Below, piece after piece: positions 55,963 through 64,000 of a stretch of DNA of 64,000 nt. The DNA comes from Escherichia phage vB_EcoM_FT. Each line of letters begins with the position of its first letter. Within the stretch, counting starts at the first letter, position 1. Position numbers and translations under genes: made by a program. Under the pieces are notes generated by a model that was not told the origin of the DNA, made no database searches, and saw only the letters and a program-made list of their open reading frames with translations. Where the stretch lies: the sequence record MT682710.1. One strand, written 5' to 3'.

Positions 55963-55998
55963 ACTTATACTATAACATTTTTACCTTAACTTGTAAAC
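55963..55998 (-). promoter_or_regulatory. T4-type early promoter upstream of srd
   Basis: GTTTAC...TATAGT on minus strand. Confidence 0.5.
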
Positions 55999-56013
55999 AA
56001 CTTTATGTAAAAA

Positions 56014-56038
56014 TGCTTTAAAACTTTCATGGTATAAT
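56014..56038 (+). promoter_or_regulatory. candidate MotA-dependent middle promoter on plus strand, antisense to modA
   Basis: aaaTGCTTTA, 12 bp, TATAAT read on plus strand. Confidence 0.35.
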
Positions 56039-56055
56039 GAATCTAAGTCCTTCCA

Positions 56056-56658
56056 TTATAGATTAAATCCTTCAAAATCAAGAGTATAGATAGTGTATGT
56101 TGAATACTTTTTGTACTCATATCTATCTGCAATTCTAAATACACTTCCAGCTGGTATCATTACTTCTTGTTCATCTGAAACTAATTCCATATTACGATAA
56201 CGATGACTATCCGGAAACTTAAAGTTTGGATTGTATTCTTTACAGCGTAGAGCTTTTATAGCATACTCCTGGAAATTGAATACCATAGGAGCTTTGAATT
56301 CAAAAATAACCTGTGTGTTATACTCTAAACCGGAAGCAAAATGTAGAGCTATATTTTTATCATATGAAGCTGATACTACTTTATCAAATGTAATAATATC
56401 AATTCCTTGATTTAACACTTGCTTAGTCTCGACTGGAACACCTCTCCAAAGAGGTTTATCGTTTGGAACCAAACGAGATTTGATTATTTCATTTAACCAA
56501 GTATGGTCATCTGGCTTATTGGTAATACAATGAATTAAAAGTTCAATTTCAGATAAATTAAACCCTTCAGAAAGCAATTCTTCACGAATAGAAGCACGCA
56601 CCGATGCATCCATTGATTTTATTTTAAAATCTTTTAGTTGCATTACTGAGTATTTCAT
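56056..56658 (-). CDS. modA: ADP-ribosyltransferase ModA
   Basis: 200 aa; R / S-x-S / E-Q-E ART motifs. Confidence 0.85.
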   Translation of the reverse strand: MKYSVMQLKDFKIKSMDASVRASIREELLSEGFNLSEIELLIHCITNKPDDHTWLNEIIKSRLVPNDKPLWRGVPVETKQVLNQGIDIITFDKVVSASYDKNIALHFASGLEYNTQVIFEFKAPMVFNFQEYAIKALRCKEYNPNFKFPDSHRYRNMELVSDEQEVMIPAGSVFRIADRYEYKKYSTYTIYTLDFEGFNL

Positions 56659-57278
56659 TCAACTACCTCAATATCATAAACTTTAAATGTTCCAAATGAA
56701 TCGTGTAATTTTTCTTTTGAAATAGAAGTTATTCTATACTTTCCAATTGGAATCATCCATTCTTGTTCACGCACAATCATCATTAAGTTATCAGTACGCT
56801 CTGAATCTAATCCATCAGTATCTTCATACGTGTACTTAAACTCAGTATTAGGAGAAGAAAGTATAATATCGCTGATATGGTCAGAATAATTAAAAGCTTT
56901 ATTAGTTTTTAAGCGAAGTATTATTTTAGTAAAATATTCAGCGTAAGAAAAAGAACATGCTGTGAGCAAACTAGTAGTAAATGAATCTACCCTGTTCGTT
57001 GAAAACACTTCTCCAACTTGTAAATCTTTAATAAGTTCTTCTGTTGATTTTGATATACCACGATATAACTGATAAGGTGATTTAGTTAAATGCTTTTTAA
57101 TGATTTTATTCAATTGCCGATGAAGAGCTTCATTCTTTTTAGCTTCCATACATTGCCAAAGAACAGACTGCTCAAAGTCAGTAAATTTTTCACAGACCTT
57201 TTTATACATATCATATTGAAAATCAACGCTTTCAGCTTTTATAGATAACTGTTCAACATCTGCAAGATTAATAATCAT
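56655..57278 (-). CDS. modB: ADP-ribosyltransferase ModB
   Basis: 207 aa; ART motifs; overlaps modA. Confidence 0.85.
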   Translation of the reverse strand: MIINLADVEQLSIKAESVDFQYDMYKKVCEKFTDFEQSVLWQCMEAKKNEALHRQLNKIIKKHLTKSPYQLYRGISKSTEELIKDLQVGEVFSTNRVDSFTTSLLTACSFSYAEYFTKIILRLKTNKAFNYSDHISDIILSSPNTEFKYTYEDTDGLDSERTDNLMMIVREQEWMIPIGKYRITSISKEKLHDSFGTFKVYDIEVVE

Positions 57279-57304
57279 GATAGCCTCCGTATACTTCAGA
57301 AGCT

Positions 57305-57334
57305 ATCATATCATCGTTAGAAAGGAAAGTAAAC
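57305..57334 (-). promoter_or_regulatory. T4-type early promoter upstream of modB
   Basis: GTTTAC, 17 bp, TATGAT on minus strand. Confidence 0.45.
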
Positions 57335-57345
57335 AACTTTTTGAA

Positions 57346-57528
57346 TTATTTTGCCCAGGGAGCCCAGGGCGGAGGGTCAAGATGGTATGAAGCTAGTTCT
57401 TCTAGAAGAGCATCTGGGGCTTCAATTCCATAATTCTGTAATACTATACGGTACTCTTTCTTATAATCACTAGAATCATTCTGGATATTCGTAGAATGAT
57501 TATCTTCTAACATCTCAAATAAATCCAT
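57346..57528 (-). CDS. hypothetical protein
   Basis: ORF track, 60 aa. Confidence 0.5.
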   Translation of the reverse strand: MDLFEMLEDNHSTNIQNDSSDYKKEYRIVLQNYGIEAPDALLEELASYHLDPPPWAPWAK

Positions 57529-57536
57529 ATTAATTC

Positions 57537-58007
57537 CTAGCGATAAAAACCAAAATGACGATTAGCTTCAGCAATCTTTCTTTCTTCTTCGGACATTCTC
57601 CAGCGTAGTCCAACATCAAAATGAGCCCAGACCATCCTAACAAATGCATTTATATCTTTAATATCTTCAATAATGAATGTTTTACTTTTAGAAGGTTGAC
57701 TCGCTAATTTAACTTTATCGTCTTCAAACATGTCAAAAAGACCATATTCATGAGCTCTTTTATAGCCTTTAATAGTTAAAGCTTCAGAAGAAGAAAACGG
57801 TGAATCAGTATTCTGCAAAATATCTTCAGTATGCTTTATAATTAGAATAACATTTTCTGGATATTTTCTTTCTTTTATATCTTTAATTAAAATATCCGGA
57901 TTTTCTGCTAAAGGAATAATTAATGAACATTTTTTATCAAGTGTATTTACTGATTTACCTTCTTTGGACATAAATTCTATTGAATAGTGTTTTGCTACTT
58001 CAATCAT
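57537..58007 (-). CDS. hypothetical protein
   Basis: ORF track, 156 aa. Confidence 0.6.
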   Translation of the reverse strand: MIEVAKHYSIEFMSKEGKSVNTLDKKCSLIIPLAENPDILIKDIKERKYPENVILIIKHTEDILQNTDSPFSSSEALTIKGYKRAHEYGLFDMFEDDKVKLASQPSKSKTFIIEDIKDINAFVRMVWAHFDVGLRWRMSEEERKIAEANRHFGFYR

Positions 58008-58160
58008 GTGATTTCCTTTTGCCTACTAATGGACCATCAGGAATTTTGTTTTCCTGAATGTATTTCTCATTTTCTTCCATCATTTTACTGCCAATTTTAA
58101 GAAGCAAATCCATTGCTTCATTTGCTTTAGCTTTAGCCTCTTCTAACGTCATATCTCTGT

Positions 58161-58364
58161 TCATGATTTATCCCCATAGATGTCTCTCATTAATTTAAGC
58201 GCTGAGCGTTCTAATTTCTTTTCTTTCTCAGCTTTAATCATAGATTTCATCCATTCTTCTGATTCGTTCTGCATTTCTTTATTTGCTTGTTCAACCCAAC
58301 CGTCATCAATATACATTGAGTTTGGTCTATTGAACCATTCAAGCATTTTCTTCAGAACTTTCAT
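58161..58364 (-). CDS. hypothetical protein
   Basis: ORF track, 67 aa. Confidence 0.5.
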   Translation of the reverse strand: MKVLKKMLEWFNRPNSMYIDDGWVEQANKEMQNESEEWMKSMIKAEKEKKLERSALKLMRDIYGDKS

Positions 58365-58824
58365 TTATTTTACCTAAAACAACAGTAGGAGCATCATCAA
58401 ATTCATGAATTTTTAGCAAATTTGGGTTTAAATTATTCCATACATAATAAATAAAGTATGATAAAGCATCTTCACTCGCAATTATAAATTTATTTCCTTC
58501 ATTTATTTTCCAGTCATATACTGAATCGTACGAATAAAAAGATAAAGGATTACCATTATATTGTTCTGCGCTAACATTAATGTATTCGGATTTAGTAAAT
58601 GCTTCAATTGCTCTAAACGGACTATTTGGCACAGTTTCAATAATTCCGATCTTTTTAAGTTTTATTTCAACATCTTCTGGAACTGGCATTGAAACGAAAT
58701 TTTCTACGAGATACATAGGGTTACAATAACCCTTATCAATCACTACGGCTACAGTAATTGGAACATCTTTAGCAAACGACATGCTATTACTGCTAATATA
58801 CATTTCAAACAAAATCGCTTCCAT
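58339..58824 (-). CDS. mrh: Mrh-like protein
   Basis: Start at MEAILFEM gives 161 aa, the length recalled for T4 Mrh. Confidence 0.65.
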   Translation of the reverse strand: MEAILFEMYISSNSMSFAKDVPITVAVVIDKGYCNPMYLVENFVSMPVPEDVEIKLKKIGIIETVPNSPFRAIEAFTKSEYINVSAEQYNGNPLSFYSYDSVYDWKINEGNKFIIASEDALSYFIYYVWNNLNPNLLKIHEFDDAPTVVLGKINESSEENA

Positions 58825-58832
58825 AATTTTCC

Positions 58833-59165
58833 TCAATCGCAAGATGTAGATGAACAACCAGAATCACAAGAATTTCCGCATGAATCACCTGCCCATACAT
58901 GAACAGGGACATTTGTATCATATGAATCAGAACTAGACTGTGTATTAGATGATGTAGTAGGTACTGACCAGCGCCAAGGATTTTTATAATATTCTTGGGC
59001 TTCTTCATAAGTCATAGTAACTGCTTCTACTGTTCCATCTCCCATATAAACATATTCAACTACAGTTAAAGGGAGGTAGTCATTTGAAATAGGAACTACA
59101 CCTTCTCCGGGAGTTGTAGAGAAAAAATCCGTAAAGAAACTTTTAAACCAATTAAAGATAAACAT
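58833..59165 (-). CDS. hypothetical protein with Cys/Ser-rich C-terminal tail
   Basis: 110 aa ending [18 protein letters not shown]. Confidence 0.55.
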   Translation of the reverse strand: MFIFNWFKSFFTDFFSTTPGEGVVPISNDYLPLTVVEYVYMGDGTVEAVTMTYEEAQEYYKNPWRWSVPTTSSNTQSSSDSYDTNVPVHVWAGDSCGNSCDSGCSSTSCD

Positions 59166-59371
59166 TACAAAAAGCCTCTCTTGAATTCGACTTGCTTTTC
59201 GCCATAATCATATCGAATCTCTGCATTAAATTCGACAGAACCATCTGCGTACATCATAAATGAATGCACAACAACTTCTGTAGACCATGGCTGTAGTTCA
59301 TATTTCTTCATTACATGTCGTGAAATGATAATATCTAAATCTTCATTTGGTTTAATCCAGCGATTTAACAT
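59165..59371 (-). CDS. hypothetical protein
   Basis: ORF track, 68 aa. Confidence 0.55.
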   Translation of the reverse strand: MLNRWIKPNEDLDIIISRHVMKKYELQPWSTEVVVHSFMMYADGSVEFNAEIRYDYGEKQVEFKRGFL

Positions 59372-59397
59372 AGTGCTCTCCTCTATAAGATAATTCT

Positions 59398-59427
59398 ATT
59401 ATACCATACTCATTTTGGAAAGTAAAC
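59398..59427 (-). promoter_or_regulatory. T4-type early promoter
   Basis: GTTTAC, 18 bp, TATAAT on minus strand. Confidence 0.5.
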
Positions 59428-59442
59428 CATTTAAATGAAAAA

Positions 59443-59460
59443 GGACTCCCGAAGGAGTCC
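59443..59460 (-). terminator. intrinsic terminator after soc
   Basis: ggactcc-cgaa-ggagtcc with U-run on mRNA. Confidence 0.65.
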
Positions 59461-59466
59461 TTGAAT

Positions 59467-59712
59467 TTATTCACCAGTTACTTTCCACAAATCTTCATTT
59501 GCAGCAATCCATTCAGTACGTTGATTTTCTTCATATACTGTAGAATATGCTGCTTTTTCTGAAGGGAATGTCTGATAATGAGCACCAGAAATTTTGTGAA
59601 CGTCAGAATAAAGAGGGAAAGCTACAGAAATTTCCTTTCCTTCAATTTTCTTATTTCCATCTAATTTCTGCTCAAATGTTTTGATATTAACATAACCGCG
59701 AGTACTAGCCAT
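59467..59712 (-). CDS. soc: small outer capsid protein Soc
   Basis: 81-codon ORF MASTRGYVNIKTFEQKLDG... matches recalled T4 Soc; late promoter and SD AAGGAGA upstream. Confidence 0.95.
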   Translation of the reverse strand: MASTRGYVNIKTFEQKLDGNKKIEGKEISVAFPLYSDVHKISGAHYQTFPSEKAAYSTVYEENQRTEWIAANEDLWKVTGE

Positions 59713-59728
59713 GTAATTCTCCTTTTAT

Positions 59729-59938
59729 TTAAATTACATGATTATTTATAATAAATTCTCGCGGAACGTTAAAATACCCAATTTTAGTTAATATAACAAC
59801 ATCGCCGTTAATAATTACCGGAGAATAATCTTCTGGAGCATTAAATTTCCAATGGGCTCTAATATTATATCCATCAGAACCAAATGCTCGACTAGCCGGT
59901 CTCCCGGCTTTTTGCCATGCATAAAAATCAAATTTCAT
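59729..59938 (-). CDS. hypothetical protein (soc.1 position)
   Basis: ORF track, 69 aa. Confidence 0.55.
   Translation of the reverse strand: MKFDFYAWQKAGRPASRAFGSDGYNIRAHWKFNAPEDYSPVIINGDVVILTKIGYFNVPREFIINNHVI
59743..59750 (-). promoter_or_regulatory. late promoter TATAAATA for soc
   Basis: plus-strand tatttata 31 nt upstream of soc ATG. Confidence 0.65.
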
Positions 59939-60132
59939 TTTGAATGCTCTATAATTAATTTTAAAGCTTCTTCACTGACAAAAATTTCGTCAGGACCTTC
60001 TATAACTTCAACCATATGAAGTTGATTAGTTAAGAGCTCACACACGAGCTCTTTGTTATAATCTTTAAATAGCTGGTCAATACGTTTCTTATGGGCTTTC
60101 TTGAGCTGGCGTTTATTTAAACTAGCCATCAA
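59935..60132 (-). CDS. hypothetical protein (soc.2 position)
   Basis: ORF track, 65 aa. Confidence 0.55.
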   Translation of the reverse strand: MMASLNKRQLKKAHKKRIDQLFKDYNKELVCELLTNQLHMVEVIEGPDEIFVSEEALKLIIEHSK

Positions 60133-60647
60133 TAACCTCGGTCTTGACGAGCGAAGTTTTCAGCATTTTTCAGATAATAAAGTTTAAAGATTTCTTCAGC
60201 CGACATTCCAAGAGCAATAAATTTATTCATGAAAAAGTGAAATTGATCAATCAGTTCAAATTTAATTTCAAGCTGATCTTCGGGAGATAAATCTTGAATT
60301 TTCTTGGATTGCATTTCAGAATAACGTTTCTTCCAAGGTTTCCATACAGCAGAAGCTTCTTTTTCACCATTACTCATACCACCAAGAGAAGTATATAGCT
60401 CGCGAGTTTCATCTGCGATATAATCGTCTTGGTTTCGCAACCAAGCAAGAACTTCTCCTGCAGTTTCAAGTGAATCAGGATGACGATTTGTTTCTGGCTT
60501 ATCATTAGCCAAACGAATCTGTAAATGCCGCTGCATGTCAAGCATAACCTGCAATGGGTCAATACTGTGCATAATATACTCAGCATATGCACGATTTGCT
60601 TTATCAACACCTTCGATCAAATGAGCACATTCATTAAAGTGAGCCAT
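60129..60647 (-). CDS. 56: dCTP/dUTP pyrophosphatase gp56 (MazG-like)
   Basis: Start at MAHFNECAHLIEG with SD GAAAGGA; matches recalled T4 gp56. Confidence 0.92.
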   Translation of the reverse strand: MAHFNECAHLIEGVDKANRAYAEYIMHSIDPLQVMLDMQRHLQIRLANDKPETNRHPDSLETAGEVLAWLRNQDDYIADETRELYTSLGGMSNGEKEASAVWKPWKKRYSEMQSKKIQDLSPEDQLEIKFELIDQFHFFMNKFIALGMSAEEIFKLYYLKNAENFARQDRGY

Positions 60648-60707
60648 TATTTTTCCTTTCAATTCATTAATAAGTTAAATAATTATATCATTTGAGTATG
60701 TAAGCAA

Positions 60708-62047
<1,340 letters not shown>

Positions 62048-62072
62048 TATATCATCCTCAGCAATTTATTTT

Positions 62073-62102
62073 ATAATACCATAACAAGCTGAGAAAGTAA
62101 AC
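62073..62102 (-). promoter_or_regulatory. T4-type early promoter for the 186-aa ORF
   Basis: GTTTAC, exactly 17 bp, TATTAT on minus strand. Confidence 0.55.
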
Positions 62103-62137
62103 AAATTTGTGATAAATATTAATTTAAAGGAGGACAT

Positions 62138-62338
62138 ATGGTACAAAAATTAATGGCACTTGTTAATGCCATAAAAGGTAATAAAAAACGTATAGCTTTT
62201 ACTATTTCTGCTATGGTAGGAATTTTACTCTGGAACTTTATTTTATCACCAATTGCAATTGCGCATGGTGTTAATATTCCAGTAGTTACTCTTGATACAT
62301 TCGTAGATCTAGCATTTGCTTTAGTTGGGTTAATTTAA
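62138..62338 (+). CDS. small two-helix membrane peptide (66 aa), divergent from the 186-aa ORF
   Basis: Strong SD AAAGGAGG 7 nt before ATG; two hydrophobic segments; stop abuts gene 61 stop. Confidence 0.5.
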   Translation: MVQKLMALVNAIKGNKKRIAFTISAMVGILLWNFILSPIAIAHGVNIPVVTLDTFVDLAFALVGLI

Positions 62339-63363
62339 ATCTTGGCATATTTAGATAGCCGCATTTTAGCCATCAACCCCTGGGCAATATTATTTTTCAT
62401 ATATTCCATAATTTGTTCAGGGGTTGCACCTTCCTTTCTAATCATATCATTAACATCTTTTGATTTCCAGGGAGATTTATCCCAAAACATAACCCTTTCT
62501 CCTGCATCAACTAATTTAGTCATTCGTTTAATAGTGTCAGGGTGACGAGGTTCATTATCTAAAACCCACACTCGTCTATCTTTAAATGGAACAACTTCTA
62601 GGTCTAATTGACCACCCGTAATAGCTATACCATTTTCAATAAAAAGTGAATCTATAGGTCCTTCTAGAACATATACATCACCATCTTTAACTCGTTCGAC
62701 TCCATAGATTTTTGTTGCTTCAGGATAAGCTTTGATAGTGATATATTTTTGGGGAGCATCTTTCTTTAATGCACGTCCTTGAAACGACTCAGCTTTTCCA
62801 TTAGCATTATAAATTGGAATAACAAGACGAGGCTCAGAAATTTCCTTTTTATATGTTCCCGGTGCTATGCTATTAACCAATTTAGGCCATTCAGTTGTAA
62901 ACCAAAGATATTTCCATTTATCCTTTGGAATACAACGAGCTTTTACATATTTTATAATTGGATGGTCTTCCGCCAATTTATCTAATCTGATGCATGACGG
63001 AAGAGATTTAATTATTTTCTTCTCAGGTTGTTTAGGAAGTTCTTTAGGTTTTTCTACTGGACGACTTTTACCTTTTTCTTTTCTTATTTCAAAGATATAC
63101 TCACGATATAAATCAGGTTCAAACTCCTTTAAATATATTCCGATTGGTGCATGATAGTTACAGTTATAACAATGAATATTTCCTTCATTATTATCGCCAT
63201 AATACCATCCACGGGCTTTATTTTGATCGGTTTTTGAATCTCCACAAACGGGACATCTAAACCGTAATTTAAAAGTTGAACTATTATTTACTTGTGCGAA
63301 TTTAGGTAAATGAGCCAATGCACGGTATGCAAACTCATTATCAATCCAAGGTATTGATGACAT
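62335..63363 (-). CDS. 61: DNA primase gp61
   Basis: 342 aa; CPVCGD zinc ribbon and TOPRIM VLEGPIDSLF; matches recalled T4 gp61. Confidence 0.97.
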   Translation of the reverse strand: MSSIPWIDNEFAYRALAHLPKFAQVNNSSTFKLRFRCPVCGDSKTDQNKARGWYYGDNNEGNIHCYNCNYHAPIGIYLKEFEPDLYREYIFEIRKEKGKSRPVEKPKELPKQPEKKIIKSLPSCIRLDKLAEDHPIIKYVKARCIPKDKWKYLWFTTEWPKLVNSIAPGTYKKEISEPRLVIPIYNANGKAESFQGRALKKDAPQKYITIKAYPEATKIYGVERVKDGDVYVLEGPIDSLFIENGIAITGGQLDLEVVPFKDRRVWVLDNEPRHPDTIKRMTKLVDAGERVMFWDKSPWKSKDVNDMIRKEGATPEQIMEYMKNNIAQGLMAKMRLSKYAKI

Positions 63364-63365
63364 TT

Positions 63366-63530
63366 TTACTCTTCTTTTTCTTTAGATTCCTCTTTTTTCT
63401 TTTTAGGAATCTGTTCAGGACCTTTATTTACTACAGCACCTGACGTTGTTCCAGTGGAGATATTTTCAGGATTACCACCTGAATCTCCAGCTACCATATC
63501 TTCTTTAATAAATTCTTTATATGTTTTCAT
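63366..63530 (-). CDS. small low-complexity hypothetical protein (54 aa)
   Basis: Own translation MKTYKEFIKEDMVAGDSGGNPENIS...; stop 2 nt before gene 61 ATG. Confidence 0.4.
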   Translation of the reverse strand: MKTYKEFIKEDMVAGDSGGNPENISTGTTSGAVVNKGPEQIPKKKKEESKEKEE

Positions 63531-63531
63531 A

Positions 63532-64000
63532 TTAACCTCTATTCATAAAAGCATTAAAAATTTGGTCATCAATAGAAACATCTACTTTAGACTGTTTTTC
63601 TGATGGTAATTCATATCCACATATTACAATTTTGTGATCAATATCAAAATACACAGAAGCAATATGATTAATGATGTTTTCAGTAAAGTCTAAATCAACA
63701 TCAATATCTTTTTGACCACAGCCCAAAGGATAAATAATGCGAGTAATTCGATTATCTTTAACAAAGATTCCACCGACATACTCTGTGCTGCGTTTAAAGT
63801 CTACACGCCAACGAAATGAAAAATATTCAGGCTCTTTATGAGCTCTGCTCATAGGACACAACGAGTAACTAGAATAAGAGATGTCAAATCCTACGCCTTC
63901 AATATGAGCCAAAGTATCATGATTAAACCAATTATAATCGTACGCCAAATCCATTAGATTATAATATGTAAAAGGCACCGGATTAACGTCATTAATCACA
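63532..64000 (-). CDS. hypothetical protein, C-terminal part (5' end beyond window)
   Basis: ORF runs to the window edge with no in-window ATG start; lacks helicase motifs so probably not gp41. Confidence 0.5.
   Translation of the reverse strand, partial: VINDVNPVPFTYYNLMDLAYDYNWFNHDTLAHIEGVGFDISYSSYSLCPMSRAHKEPEYFSFRWRVDFKRSTEYVGGIFVKDNRITRIIYPLGCGQKDIDVDLDFTENIINHIASVYFDIDHKIVICGYELPSEKQSKVDVSIDDQIFNAFMNRG

Noticed and set aside
63532-64000. Truncated ORF at the window end as the C-terminus of helicase gp41
   Set aside because: No helicase motifs and the sequence does not resemble what I recall of gp41; more likely an accessory gene between 61 and 41.

Overview
This window reads as a contiguous 64 kb segment of a T4-like (T-even) coliphage genome. 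Gene calls rest on the supplied ORF track plus my own translation of selected stretches, and on recalled similarity to phage T4 proteins; no database search was run. Most genes are on the minus strand in T4 order: alt (3' end off the window), 30 ligase, the 30.1-30.9 block, rIII, 31, cd, pseT, alc, rnlA, denA, nrdB, nrdA, td, frd, 32, 59, 33, dsbA, rnh. The plus-strand late tail-fibre block follows (34, 35, 36, 37, 38, holin t), then minus-strand asiA, arn, motA, 52, ac, stp, ndd, denB, rIIB, rIIA, 39, motB, dexA, dda, srd, modA, modB, mrh, soc, 56, dam and 61. Several proposed start codons give exactly the protein lengths I recall for T4 (gp33 112 aa, RNase H 305, EndoII 136, Rnl1 374, Td 286, Frd 193, Mrh 161). 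T4-type early promoters (-35 GTTTAC, about 17 bp, -10 TAnTAT), late promoters (TATAAATA) and C(UUCG)G-type hairpins are visible between genes. The phage differs from T4 as I remember it: gene 39 is one unsplit ORF, td and nrdB are intronless, no homing-endonuclease ORFs are seen, and gp37/gp38 are T2-type. The most unusual locus is a divergent gene pair between dam and gene 61: a 186-aa protein with a PD-(D/E)xK-like motif and a 66-aa two-helix membrane peptide. A small basic ORF also sits exactly at the frd/td junction. No tRNA, rRNA or CRISPR features were found.
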